This document shows positions 12,707-26,438 of a DNA stretch of 64,000 nt, piece by piece. Source of the DNA: Dipteris shenzhenensis (taxonomy: Eukaryota). The notes under the pieces are model-generated. The model saw nothing but the letters and a program-made list of their open reading frames with translations. It had not been told where the DNA came from and searched no databases. Position 1 is the stretch's first letter, and each line of letters begins with the position of its first letter. Position numbers and translations under genes: made by a program. The stretch lies in NCBI GenBank assembly GCA_047967505.1, contig CM106538.1; one strand, written 5' to 3'.

Positions 12707-14845
12707 GGCACTGCCTCCCAGCTGTGCGCTCTTGTGTGAGAAGGTTTGATTGCATGCTGGAAATAGTAGTGGATGGAGGCTTGATGCTACGGAATCAAGG
12801 TTGCTATAGCCAATGATGAATATGGGCTTCACGGGCTTGCTCTTATATAGCCACCAGTCGTAGTCGGTTAGACCCAATCAGGAGACCGACTCAGTTGGCT
12901 CAAAATGGCCGACTAGAGGTTGGTACCAAAATAGGCCACCGACCACACGTTTGAACCATGGTGTAGAATAGAGCAACTAACCTATGGTTACCGTTCGGGG
13001 CCCAAAGCCATCTGGGATCATCTGGGGCTCCACATGGGCCCCACAGCCTGAGAGTGAGCTGCCCCAGGAAATGCTTCATCGACCCTCAGTGCAGTCAGTC
13101 AAGGGATGCCTTCCCGCACTTGCATGTAGCCTAGTTGGCAGTGTGCCAACTCTATCTGAACTCATCCAGCCATCAAGCCACACATGTCCCCCATCTGGTG
13201 TCCAAACCAGGACCTATTGGATAACCGATCTACTCAAATGCCTTCTGCTCATATGGGGGGCTTACAAGTAGAGTTAGCTAGTTCTTGAGTAGTTACATGA
13301 GAGTGGAGCATTGATATCTAACACCCCCCCTCAATGTCCACCCATAAGTGAACTACTTTTTCGGCCCAATGCCAAGTCGATGAAGATGCCTCTCCAGCAA
13401 GTCTCTTCCAAGAGCCTTCGTGAAGATGTCCGCAGCATTCTCTGTAGTCAGACAGTACACCAAGTCAACCTCTCCATCCATGATGAGCTCATGTACAAAG
13501 TGATATTGAATCTCAATGTGTTTTGTGTAAGCGTGGAACACAGGGTTCTTCGCAATTGCCATGTAAGCTGGCACATAAAGAATATCAGAAAACTATTTTA
13601 CAACTCCATCTGATTTGAGAGCAATTGTACCTTTTCCTTTTGCTGGACATTTTGCCGACTGCTACCAGGATGTCATTCCCTACTGGATGTAGAGAGGTAT
13701 ACACCAATCCTTCCGACTGGTCATGTGGCACGATGCACCACTGTCAATAATCCAAGGTTCATCCGCAGGTACATGAAGTGCCTCTATGCAAATCTCCTCA
13801 ATTCCTACAAATAGCTCTACTGGTACTGCTGTTGTTGGACTCTTTCTTTACTCCGTTCTTCTCATCTGCAATCTTCTTCTAGCACTCATTCTGCTTGTGT
13901 CTTACCTTATTGCAATAGAAGCACTTGATGTTCTTCTTTCTCTTTTTATCATCAGAAGAAGATGGGTTACCAGATTCCTTACCCTTTCCTTTCTTTGATC
14001 TAGCCGAGAAGGCCGAATCTTCTACAATCCTCATCTTTTAACTCATCTCCTCCTCAGAAGCATCGCGCTGAAATCCTCAAAGTTGAGGGGCAGATTTATG
14101 TTTTGCGTATTCAATGCTGTAACAAGACCATCGTACTTTGGTGGGAGAATCCGTATGCACCTTTGTGCTAGATTCTTGCTGGTGATGGTGATGCCAATTG
14201 CAATCATCTGATTGCGTAGATTCTTCACCTTGAAGATGAACTTCTCTACCATTTCAGACTCAGACAGTTTCTCGTTCACGAGTTGAGTCTCCAAATTCTG
14301 AATCCACATCTGATTCATGGTCTCATACTGATTTTTCAAGACCGTCCATGCCTCCTCCACTGTGGTGACATGTTGAATTAATGCCATGACAGAATCACTT
14401 ACACTGCAGACAATAGAACATAGCGCATCTGCATTTCTTCTTGTCCACACGAGAATCTGATCTGCAGTTGGTACTATCTGTAGTCCTACTTTCCGGCGGC
14501 TTCACGTCCACCCCAGTAGTAGTATCCCAAAGCTTGTATGCACTTAGGGATGTCTTCATCTTGAACTTCCAGAGTGGATAGTTAGTGCCGTCCAACTTTT
14601 TTCTTTCGCCGAATGGTGGGATTCGCAGTTTTGCAGGCTGGGTCATCTCTTTGGGCCATCTCTCACAATCTACTTGCAAACAGAAACACACTACCAAATC
14701 TTCTTGCTAGAGCCCAAGCTCTGATACCATGTAAGAAAACAATACAACGTATGTGCTCAACAAATAACAGGATCTCGTATGCAACAGAGAGGAAAGTTGA
14801 TAGTATGGAGAATCCAAAAATTGATTACTAAAAAATTGATACAAC

Positions 14846-17800
14846 CATTGAGAAATGCATTCTTGACATCAAGCTGATACACATTCCATCTACTGAGTGT
14901 CACTAGTGATATCAAGAACCGTATGGAATCCAGCTTTGCTACCAGAGCATAAGTCTCATCATAGTCTTGCCACATATTCTTGTGCAAATCCTTTTGCAAC
15001 TAGTATGGCTTTGTATCTCTAAATACTACCATCTAGATTGTACTTCACTTTGTATACCCATTTGTTTGCTATGGCCTTCTTTCCTGCTGAAAGGTCACAT
15101 AATTCCCAAGTATTATCCTTATACAGAGCATCCATTTCTTCATTCATAGCAGTTTGCCATTTTGGCTTGTCTATTGCATCTTTGAAGTACACTGGCTCTT
15201 CTGTAGCCATGATGGTAGTCATAAGAGCATAGTTAGTGGTTTCCACCTGAATTGCTTTGCCTTTCTCAGGATATGTCAATCTGGTTGGAGATCTGCTTTC
15301 CCTAGTAGACCATCTGTGCTGCTGTGGCTCTACTTGGGGTGTTGAAGGGGTGTTGCTGGCAATTCTTGCTCTTCTTCATCAACCTGTTCTGTAGATGACT
15401 GTGAAGTCGATGCTTCTAACTCCTATGTAGTGAGGTTTTTCATTTTGATTCCTCATCAAAGATTACATCTCTAGAGATAATGACTTTGTGGTTGATGGAA
15501 TCATACAATTTGTATGCTTTGCTTTCTTCACTGTAGCCAACCATGATGCATTTGCATGACTTCGCATCCAATTTCCTACGATGATCATTATGTATGTGGG
15601 CATATGCTATGCAACCAAATATGCAGAGATTCCCAATGTTTGACTTGTGTCTAGTAAATGCTTCATAAGGAGTCATACCTTGTATTAGTTTGGTAGGAAG
15701 CCGATTAAGCAAGTAGTTTGATGTAGCTATTGCTTTTGCCCAATACTAATTCGGAAGATGCTTTTCGCTAAGCATTGCTCTAGCACTGTCTGCTAAAGTC
15801 CCATTCTTCCTTTCAGCTCTTGCATTCTGCTGAGGAGTATCTGCACATGTGAATTGTCTTCGAATGCTGTGATTTCTGTAAAAGTTCATGAATGCTAAAG
15901 ACATGTACTCACCTCCTCTATCTGATCTCATGACCTTGATCTTTCTGCCTGTCTGGTTTTCTACCATGGCTTTGAATTCTTGAAATCTAGAAAACACTTC
16001 AGATTTCTCTTTCAGAAAGTATACCCAACAATATCTGATGAAGTCATCGATGAAAGTCAAGTAGTAAAGTGAACCATTGATGCTGCGGGTCTGGGCATAA
16101 TCCCATACATCTATATGTATCAAATCAAGAATATCTCATGCACGAGAGGTACTTTTGACAAAGTTAGAACTTCGCTTTTGTTTGCCGAAGTAGCATGCTT
16201 CGCAAACTTTTCCAAGAAATTGTAGCTTCGGAATCCCAGTTGCCATATTTTGATTCCTGAGATCTAACAAGTACTTAAAGTTGACATGACCATATCTCGT
16301 GGCATCTGTTGTAGTTGAGCTGACATGGCATGCTTATCTGGTACTATAGCTAGCATTTTGTATAAGCATCCTTCCTTGACACCTTTTGCTACTAGCTGAC
16401 ATCTTTTGGATTTATCTCTGATAGCGCATTCATCACCGTCGAAGATGAGTTTGTAATTGTGTTCTGTCATTTGACCTACTGAAAAAAGGTTCTTGCTGAG
16501 CTTTGGAACATAGAGCACATCTTTCACTAATCCTTTTGTACCAGTGAAATTGTTCATAGGGATAATGCCTGTCCCTTGAATTGGATTCGGTGTATTGTCT
16601 GCTGTGTAATGACATTTTTCTAACCTTATAATGGTTTCATCTCTGTGAACCATTCCTAATGATTTGTCATGTGAGATGATGCACCGCTGTCGATGTAACA
16701 AGGATCCTATTCCACTTGGTTGACTTGATAGCTATAATCCTATTTGGGATTGAAATCAGTGTCTAGGTACACTCTAGGTACACTGTATCAATCTGATGCA
16801 ATTCCTCGCTTGCAAGAAACATATTTCCATGTTCATTTGCAAAATGACTATGACTAGAATGTCCACCACGATGATTTCCTCTACCTCAAAAATTCCCTCG
16901 ATTATTGCTGGATTGACCGCCTTGGTCGTATTGCTTCTTGCGACAATCTCTTTCATAGTGTCCAAACTCATGACAGTAGTTGCACTGAATGTTTGACACA
17001 TTGGTGGATGCATTCCCTCGTCCTTGGAATCTTCCTCGATTGGAATGATTTCCTCTTTGTTGATTCTGATGTTGTTAAGGATGATGCTGATGCTGATGTT
17101 GATGCTGACTTTGATTTTGTTGCTGATGATGACCAGTTTTTTGATATGATCTACCTCTGCCTCTGCCTTTGCCTCTGCTTCTATATGAAGCTGTGAATGC
17201 CTGATGATTAGAATGACCTTTATGTGCTTGAATGGCCTAAATCTTGAGTTCCTCTTCACCAAGTAGGACTGACTGAAGTTCTTCCAATGTTGAAATTTGC
17301 TGTTGGATGGAAATACTCTGGACTAGATTCTCGTATCCCTCTCCTAGTCCATTCAAAATGACTTGAACCATTTCTGTGGGGTTCATAGTCTATCCTACTG
17401 TTGCAAGTTGATTGTTGTAGTCTTTTATGCAGAGTACATGAGCATGACCGGTTTCAATGCTGTTGCAAAAACTTTGGTTGATCTGGTTTCTCAGGGTGAG
17501 AATCGTGGATGTGTTCTTGGAATCATAGAGAGCTGTGAACATATCCCATGCTTCTTTTGATGTCTTGACTATGTTGAGCTATCCTAGCATGACATCTTGC
17601 ACATTCTGCTTGATCAAGTGATAGGCGTACTTGTATTTCTTATCCCATTCTGCTTAAGCTCTCAGGCAATGGCAGGATTTGCTACTGGTGCAGAAACTGT
17701 TTGTGTAGATGTAGATCCTGTTGCTAGTGCTGTGACAACAGATGGAGTAGAGATACTGGTGGTTGGATTGTCCAATGGTCTAGGTGTAGACCCATCGACA

Positions 17801-20513
17801 TACTCCCATTTGTCCTGAAGTACAAGAATGGTCTCCATTCAGTATTTCCATGTACCATAATTGGAGTTGTCTAAATTAGCAGATGCCTCTAGATTGAGGT
17901 TGCTAGTTGTAGACATGGTGCAAGAAATGTACTCAAAAGTGTCGTGAAAATCTCTATATGAATCAACTGCAAATACACTGACTATGCCAAGTGAAATCTC
18001 TGTATTGTCGATGAAGATAGAACTGCAATATATACAATTTGATATGTATTACAAGGCTTGTGGCAATGATGCCAGGAATAGCCAAGAGTCTTTACAAGGC
18101 TGAAATGATGTGCACGATGCCATGAGATAGCCGAATAGGCTTTACAATGGTGGCATGTGTGTGTGAAATCAAATGCTATCTACCCACTGAAACAATCTAC
18201 AATGCCTCTGAACTCTAAAGTCTACTCACTGAACTAATGAACATAAGGTTTTAGGTAATGTGAAACCGTATATGAGCGTATGGATTGACTTCGAGTAGGT
18301 ACTAGTCGGGAGTTTCGGGGATGGCTTAGATTGGCAACTTGGGGAAATTCAAAGCATCCCCTCTATGGCGATCTAGTCTACTCTGATCTAGATCTATACC
18401 AACCATCGATCAATAAAAGAATAGCAAATAATTCCTTTTCTTTTGTTATTTTTAAGTGCTGGGTCAGATGCGTCGATGTAGAGGCAAATGTATGTGAAGG
18501 AAGTGGTTTTGTCGACAAGGCTAAAATGTGAGTGTAACTTGCACCGAAATGTGTGCATGATGTGATGAGTGCATAGAGCACCAAAAAACGAGCGACTTTC
18601 CTTTTTGGAGCACCCTCAAATTCTTCCTAGATCAAGAGATACGCCTTGATCTAGGTGGAGGGGCAAAAGGAGTGCAAATGTGCTCAATGATGATGTGTCA
18701 CTGTGGGTCACATGAAGTGTGATGTAGCATTGTGCCTAGAAGAGGTGTGCCAGTGAAGCCCTGTGCTGAGGTGACAGAAGTGTTCACATGCAGTAACTGT
18801 GAAGCACTATGTGTGCCTGCAGAGGTCAGTGTTGATTGGATAGCTGAGGTGGCACAGATGATGATGTTAGCAGATGATGTGGTAATGATGATGTGGACTG
18901 ATGATGTGGATTGATGATGTGGTTTTGGATAAGAAGATGATGTGGATTGTTGATGTGGTAGATAAGGTGCTGATGTGTCAACAAGATAGGGTTTGTTGAT
19001 GTGGCACAATGATAGGGGTGACACATGGCACGGGGATAAGGTGATGTGGCTTGATGAAATTATGAGATGCCGATGAAATCTTCGAGATTCTATCATCTTC
19101 TCATGTGATGGTTGACGGATGGAGATGGTGGCAACTGGAAGCTTCGATTGGTGCTGTAGTCTGTGAGCTCATGGAGGAGTAGAAGCGACAAAAGCCTAAG
19201 CCACTGAGCCATGCTATGGTCCACTAGCCGTGTGTAGATGACTTCAATGGTCCAGAAAAGGAGCAGCCCGTGGATGCTGAAGCGCCAAGGCTGTGCACGA
19301 TGGTGCTTAAGGTTGCGGTGCTCGTGGCTTGAGGAAATGGTCATTGAGGATTATTGGCGATGGTAGCATTGATAGGCAGTTGGATTTGAGGACCCGATTT
19401 GGTGTTGCATTGATAAGTGTTGCAGCCCTCAACCATCCATCAGAATAGTGTAGAGCTTTTGGGAAAGGTGGCTAGGAGGTGGAAATTGGAGCCATTTTGG
19501 AGAAGCAGGCTGTTATGGAGTGCTGGTGGCACTATAGGAGCTTGGAGATGGAAGCACTGTAGAGGCTTCGATGGAACCAGGTCAGTGGACGGAGCCTATG
19601 CAGAGCTTTTGGACTTTGGAGTAGGCTGATGAGACGGAGCTGTTGGCCCGTTGGCATTGGAGCTTAAGCCCTAGTGCCTTATATGCAAGAGTCAGGCCAA
19701 ATGGAGAGAGCCGGGCTGCACATCTTGTAGCAGTTGATCGTTGGTGGCCTTTGCATAAAATAGGCATCGAACAATCGTAGAAGAGGCTTGCAAGAGCTGT
19801 CTTTCAAAAGTTCGTGCTAAAGAGGCTTGCAAAAGTCAGAGTCGGTCATGTAGAGCCTTAGGCTTGTTGTAGAAGCTAGGTAGACATTGAGGGTAGCCAG
19901 GCGCAGAAGGTCTTCTTTGTTCAGAGAGAGTAGGATCTCTAAATCCCCTCTCAATCCACAAGTAGAACAATAGATAGAGATAAATCTCTCTCTTTCTCTC
20001 CCAAACTCAATAGATCTCTCTCACAAAGGACTCTCACAAACTCAAAAGAAATGAACTCTCAACCCTCACAACTAAAATGAACGGAAATCTCTTATGGAAT
20101 GATGGAAATTTTATCTCAACACAATGAAAAAAATCTTCTCTTGACGGAAGTGAACTTGCTTGAAGAATACTCAAGAGAACCTCTCAATCTCTCAATCACT
20201 CTCACTCTCAAAAGGATCGCAATGCCTCAGCGGAAGGCAAGGGAGCTCTGATACCATGACAAAATATGAAGAGGGGAGAGGAGAAGAGTGGAGATGAGGA
20301 GAGAGGGCACAGTTAGAGAGCACACCTTAAATGACTAACTGTACACTAGATTTAGTTGAAAAAATAGAATATATACAAACCCATTTAGGGTTAGGGTTAG
20401 GGGATCTAACCCTTTCCTTTATAGCACTCTATAAGGTTAGTGCTATGCACATATGATCACGTGATGGTGCTATGCACACATGATCACATGACGTTGAGCA
20501 TGAACTCTCAACA
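14846..20513 (-). mobile_element. Ty1/Copia family C, copy C1 (5' LTR 20257-20513, PBS, long leader, decayed gag-PR-INT-partial RT; 3' end lost)
   Basis: PBS on minus at 20245-20256; LTR homologous to 28736-28956 and 48084-48313; gag ATG ~17916; MRSDRGGEY, NKWVYKVK, LDVKNAFLNG motifs. Confidence 0.92.
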
Positions 20514-22526
20514 GGTCACTCTTATGTGGGATGGTGAATTGAGTGGCTCAAAACAGAGCCTTGATGATGAGTTGGGTATTCCTTCTCTTGTTACACCTAG
20601 AGTATGGAAGACAAGGGATGCTTTGAGAGCACCTGGTAGTGAGCCTATTTTGTGTAGGTCTACCAGAGCTAGGTATCCTGTGGATAGGTTGAAATATGAT
20701 GGATTTATAGCCATTCACTATGCCTATATGGTCAAAGTGATACATGAACCAGAACCCACTTCTTTTGAGCAAGCCATGGGAAAAGAAAAATAGGAGAAAG
20801 CCAGGGACAAAGAAATGGGTGCCTTGGAAGCAAATGCTACATGGGAATTAGTGCCTTTGCCTAAAGACAAGAATGCAATTGGCTGCAAGTGGGTTTATAA
20901 GGTGAAGCACAATGTAGATGGTTCTGTGAACAGATACAAGGCAAGATTAGTTGTCAAGGGGTATGCAGAGACATATGGCATTGATTATGAAGAAACATTT
21001 AGCCCAGTTGCAAGGATGGCAACTGTAAGAGCAGTCATTGCTATGGCTGCATCAAAGGGATGGTCTTTACATCAGATGGATGTAAGAAATGCCTTCTTGC
21101 ATGGTGATTTGCAAGAAGAGGTCTATATGGAGCAGCCACCAAGTTATGTTCATGCTGTTCATCTTGAGTTTGTTTGCAAGTTGAAGAAAGCCTTGTATGG
21201 CTTGAAGCAAGCACCCAGAGCATGGTCTAACAAGATAGGATAGTATCTTGTCACTATTGACTTTCAGATTTCCAAGGCACATTTCTCACTTTATGTGAGA
21301 AAAACAAAGAAAGACATTATGCTGCTTGTCATTTATGTTGATGATTTGATCATCACAGGTGATAGTGATGAAGATATCCTTCATGTGAAAATGCTATTGA
21401 AGCAGAAGTTTGAGATGAAGGATTTGGGAGAGTTGGTTACTTCTTGGGCATTGAGGTGATTAGATCCACAAGTGGGATATGGCTCTTGTAGAGGCAATAT
21501 GGATTGGACATGCTATCCAAATATGGGATGACAGGCTGTAAGCCTATTTCAGTTCCTTTGGAGTAGAATGTGAAGCTGAGCACACATGCAGGTGAGCTTC
21601 TGGAAAACCGTACTATGTACAGACGTATAGTAGGAAGTTTGATTTATATGATGATTACTAGGCCAGATTTGAGCTATGCTATTTGTTTGGTAAGTCAATT
21701 TATGCAGGCTCCAAGGAAACCACATTTGGATGCGGCTAGATGCATACTGAGGTATGTGAAGTCCACATTGTAGTATGGACTATTTTATGAGACTGGGGTT
21801 CAGATACAGTTGCATGGATACACTGATGCTGATTGGGCTGGTAGTATTTCTGATAGACGATCTACCAATGGATATGTGTTCTCTTTTGGGAGTGTTGCAG
21901 TCACTTGGAGTAGTAACAAACAACCTATAGTTGCCTTGTCGAGCACAGAGGCTGAGGACAGGGGTGCAGCAATGGCTGCATGTGAGGTAGCTTGGTTGCA
22001 TAAGCTACTTTATGATATGCATCAGTCTATAGATGGGCCAGTTGTCATTTATTGTGACAACATGAGCAGTATACACTTGCCAAATAACCTAGTCTATCAT
22101 GCTAGAACAAAGCACATTGAGGTGCATTATCACTATGTGTGGGAGAAGGTTCTAGTAGGTTTTATTGATCTAGTTTATATCAGCACAGAGGATCAGATAG
22201 CTGACATATTCACGAAGGCATTGGGTGCAGAGAAGCTACGCAAGTTCAGAGACCTGCTTGGTGTGCAGGAATTGGGATTAAACTCGAGGGGGAGTGTTGA
22301 GATATCGAGCTCCACTCGTGATATGCCAGGGTGACCGTTATGCATTTATGTTACCGACTTGTTAACTACAGATGCAGTTGGTACACCACCCATGAATAAT
22401 AGCTGGATGACATCTATCTTTATGTACTCTAGTTAGTGGCTCAGTTAGTATGCCACCTTAGTTAGCTGAGTTTGGTTTGAGACCCACATATAGGGTTCAC
22501 CTATTCTTTTGTACTAAGAGAGTTTT
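20514..22526 (+). mobile_element. Copia A1 right part (RT, RNase H, PPT, truncated 3' LTR from 22295)
   Basis: Resumes at GGTCACTCTTATG, ~65 bp downstream (in element coordinates) of where A stops at 2114; YTDADWAG; GAGGGGGAG-TGTTGAGA; LTR matches A2. Confidence 0.93.
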
Positions 22527-22529
22527 TTC

Positions 22530-23520
22530 CGAAGCGAGTCATCATCCAGCCCCAAGTGATAGACATCTTACATGCAAACACATATAAGCAAGCATAAATA
22601 AGCATAACACATATTCCTCTCTCTCTTGCCCTCTCTCAATTGGGGCGAGGTGAATCTAGCCAGTCAAAGCAAGCCATCACCTGACCTTAATCATGATACT
22701 ACTAAAGTGTCACTCGAGGCAAGATGAATCCAATCGATCGAAGCGAGTCATCATCCGGCCCCAAGTGAAACACATCATGCAAGCACACACACAAAAGCAA
22801 GCAAGCACAAACATATGACATATTTGTCTCTCTTTTCTCTCAGCTGAGGGGACGTGAATCTAGCCGACCGAAGCAAGCCATCACTTGGCCCTAACTAAAA
22901 ACAATAGTGAGGCTATAAACTCACCAAAATCCTGAAGGAGAAGGCGGCAAGCAGTGGAAAATAGCAGGGATGCAGGTGAAAAAAATCTGCGGGGAATTTC
23001 GATGGAAGGCAAAAGAAAATGACATGAACGTGCCCTTTTATAGAACCCAACTCCACATACCTGCTGGTATGTCCCCACACCGGTTGGTGTTTACGACCAA
23101 TGCATGCATGCCACATGTTCTCCTCGATGCACACTAACTAGTGTAGCACTACACCAACTGATGCACGGTTTCACCGATTGGTGTATTGGATACCGGTCGG
23201 TGTAGTGATTCACCGATCGGTGGTTTTTTCACCCCTCGGTGTATCCCAACACCATCTGGTATTTTTAGGAATACCGATCGGTGTTGGGATACATCGAGCG
23301 CTATATATCTGGTCAACCGATGCACGTTGATTGGTTATTAAAAATACATTTTTGCATTTTGAACATCCACAAGCATTTTTAATTCGAAAAGCGCGTTATT
23401 TTCTCCAAAAAAACATACTAAAAAAATATCAGGTTCTCCCTTAAAGGCACATTAGCATTTAAATGGGAGGTTGTGGGGATTCAAGGCCACTATGCCTTAA
23501 CTCCGATTATGTATAATACT
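22530..23520 (-). mobile_element. Probable fragment of a long LTR with tandem sub-repeats
   Basis: ~210-bp duplication (CGAAGCGAGTCATCATCC at 22530 and 22739), CTATAAAAG on minus at ~23035-23043, cluster of ACCGATCGGT/ACCGGTTGGT palindromes at 23080-23330; no coding signal. Confidence 0.45.
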
Positions 23521-24279
23521 CAAACACATATATCTATGGATGACATATAAGATTAAGTTGTTCTGCACCCATCAAAACTTGTGTGGATCTCCTGTAGCTC
23601 TCCCTCTCTTTCACCCTCTTCTATTCTGCTTCCAATGTTGAGATCTCTCATTTTTTACGCAAGGAAAATTATCCACGTATTCGCCATTGCTTGCAAAACC
23701 CAGTAAACTATTTGGAGGAATATTTTGCCAAATTGTCAAATCTAAGGCATTTTATTTGACAATCTCTGAGCTTCCATCATAGTCTTGAAGCTCTTTGAAC
23801 TTTGCAAGTAGTTTGGACCTTTTCTTCATGGTGTAGTCATATATCTTTCTAGTGTAGTTATTAATAAATGTGACTAAGTATTTGCTCCCACGAAGTGATG
23901 GGGTATTGGTCATATAGCTTGAAATATCAGTATGTACTAACTCTAATGGTCGCTTGGCTCTTCAAGGCCTCAAACTTGTGAAATGGTTCCCTATTCTATT
24001 TCCCATAAAAGTATCCTTCATGTTAGAGTTAGCTCAAATGTCCACCTCTCATGTAACCCACCAATATTCTGTGTACCCAATGTTGTAAGGCCCCCATATG
24101 AGGAGAAGCCATAATGGGTATCAGATATTGGGAGGGATCCCCAGTTTAGACACTGGAAGGGGTCTTAGAGTAGACCAGATGGTTATGAGACGGCTTAGGA
24201 GCCAAGAGTAGAGATACCCGTCTGCACAAAGGGGGGGTTCGGGGGGGCGATAGCCCCCCCGATAGCAGGGGGTCCGGGG

Positions 24280-25744
24280 TTTTCCACCATCTTTTGCCAC
24301 TGTTTGAATTTTCCAAGAGCTTCAGCCTTATCTCGTAAAAAATACACCCACATGTATCTACTGTAGTCGTCGACGATAAGCATATAGTAGTTACATCCCC
24401 CCAAAGCTTGAGTCGGAGCTTTCCCACTGAGATCAGCATGAACCAATTCTAGAGGAGCCTTTGCCCGATAGCCGCTCTCATGTGGAAAAGCCTTCCTTTG
24501 TTGCTTGCCCATCATACAAGCTTCACAAGGTTCCTGCACCTTTGAGAGTGCAGGCAAGTGTGCAACCATCCCTGTTTTCTGCATTTCCAAAAGAATAGGA
24601 TAACTAAGATGACCAAATCTTTCATGCCATACCTTACTGATGCCCACTCCTGAAGAGACTGTTAGTGCCGTCAGCTTGTAGAGATTGTTCTTCCTTACTG
24701 CCTTGCCGACCACCTTGCCCGCTGCATTAAGGATTTCTGCTCCGGTCCTCTTGAAACGTACCTCCAAGTTGCGATCAGTTATCGCAGCAACCGAAAGCAA
24801 GTTCTTCTTTAGCTGAGGAACTAGTAATACATCAGAAAGCTCTTTAGTTTCACCCTCTTGAATGGAAAGAGAGATAGTACCTGTACCTTCCACAGGGCAT
24901 TTTGCATTATTACTGACCGTCACGTTCATGGGCTCTTGTAGAGGCTTGAAAGAGCTATACCAGTCCTTCTTTCTGGTCATGTGACGGGACGCTCCACTAT
25001 CAAGGAGCCACGAATCATTCGTTGTTGAAACTTCTGTTGAGGAGCATATTTCTTCAATTGCAACCCATAGCTCCAACTCAGTTTCAACTGTGTTGGCAGA
25101 TTCCTTGCCTTTCGAAGAAGACTGTGTAGTGCCATTCTTTTCGTCCTGCTGCTTCTTTCTGCAATCCTTGATCATGTGACCGCTTTTGTTGCAGTAGTGG
25201 CACTTACCTGAAAACTTCTTCTTCTTACCATTCTTCTTCTCTCCACCCTTCCCTTTGGATGTGGTTGAGAATGCTGCATCACTTCCGCCATCGCGGGTCT
25301 TCATTCGCATCTCCTCCTCTAGAAGCATCGCGCTGAACTCTTCAAAAGTGAGGGGTGGATTTCTTACCTGCGTGTTGAGTGTCGTGACCAACGCATCATA
25401 CTTTTGTGGAAGGATCCGAATGCACCTTCTGGCCAACTCTTCGCTGGTCTTTGTAATCCCAACCGCCGCCATCTGATCACGTAGATTCTTGATCCGTGTG
25501 ATGAATGTCTCAGCTGATTCTCCATCAGAGCACCTCTCTGCAGCAAGCATATTCTCCAGATTTTGAATTCTGGTCTGATTCCGCATTTCATACTGACCTT
25601 TCAGTATGTTCCAAGCCTCACTTGCCTTGTCTGTGTGCTGAATCAGAGTCAAAATAGAATCACTTGAACTGGTAACAAGAGCGCAGAGTGCATCTGCGTT
25701 CCTTCGTTTCCATGCGCGAAGAAGATCTGCATTCGGTGGCGTTA
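24280..25744 (-). CDS. Inverted gag-protease-integrase(N) segment of E, truncated at both ends
   Basis: Uninterrupted ORF 24195-25652: CHYCNKSGHMIKDC, WLLDSGASRHM, WHERFGH..CEAC, VDDYSR; opposite strand to the LTRs and RT. Confidence 0.93.
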
Positions 25745-26438
25745 TGTTGGAGGTGCAAATCTCTCATGGACAAAGGGGATAAGAAGAAGGAGAAAGGGTT
25801 GAATTATCCCACATACAAAGGTGTGTGGAAGATGAAGGGACATAAATAGTCCAAGTTGCCCCTCCTATCTTCAATTCCCCCAAGCTTGCCTTTTGTGGAG
25901 GTTGGAGGGCTGGCTAAGCAAGGGTGCCTTATGGCAGGGGTGGGGACCTGCCATACACACATGCCAGAGCCTCCCTAGTGGCCATGAAGGTTGTGCACTT
26001 CCGTGAGGTGCTAGCGGTCTTGGCGGGGGGCACGCTAGGCACATGCTCTTGGATTGTAACATGGTATCAGAGCCCGGGTCTGATCCCCGGCCACCTCTCT
26101 CCATGATCGATTGGAGGGGGGTGTTGGAGGTGCAAATCTCTCATGGACAAAGGGGATAAGAAGAAGGAGAAAGGGTTGAATTATCCCACATACAAAGGTG
26201 TGTGGAAGATGAAGGGACATAAATAGTCCAAGTTGCCCCTCCTATCTTCAATTCCCCCAAGCTTGCCTTTTGTGGAGGTTGGAGGGTTGGCTAGGCAAGG
26301 GTGCCTTATGGCAGGGGTGGGGACCTGCCATACACACATGCCAGAGCCTCCGTAGTGGCCATGAAGGTTGTGCACTTCCGTGAGGTGCTAGCGGTCTTGG
26401 CGGGGGGCACGCTAGGCACATGCTCTTGGATTGTAACA
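25745..26438 (+). mobile_element. TRIM (terminal-repeat retrotransposon in miniature), 694 bp
   Basis: Two 317-bp LTRs (25745-26061, 26122-26438; TGTT..AACA; 3 differences); 60-bp internal part starting with PBS TGGTATCAGAGC and ending in PPT GGAGGGGGG; no TSD (CGTTA vs GATTT). Confidence 0.95.

Larger units (their letters stand above)
7061..14845 (-). mobile_element. Ty1/Copia family B, internally deleted (gag + protease + RNase H tail). 3' LTR 7061-7185 + 12712-13323 is split by A2; 5' LTR 14730-14845 is truncated
   Basis: TGTAAGAAAACAATACAAC at both 7061 and 14730; PBS TGGTATCAGAGC (tRNA-iMet) on minus at 14718-14729; PPT TTGAGGGGGGG adjoining 13323; LDGTNYPLWKFKM gag, WIIDSGASCHM protease, KHIEIQYHFV RNase H. 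Confidence 0.9.

Noticed and set aside
25745-26438. Cassandra element or retrozyme
   Set aside because: No 5S rRNA A/C-box segment and no CTGATGA..GAAA hammerhead core seen in the LTR on either strand.
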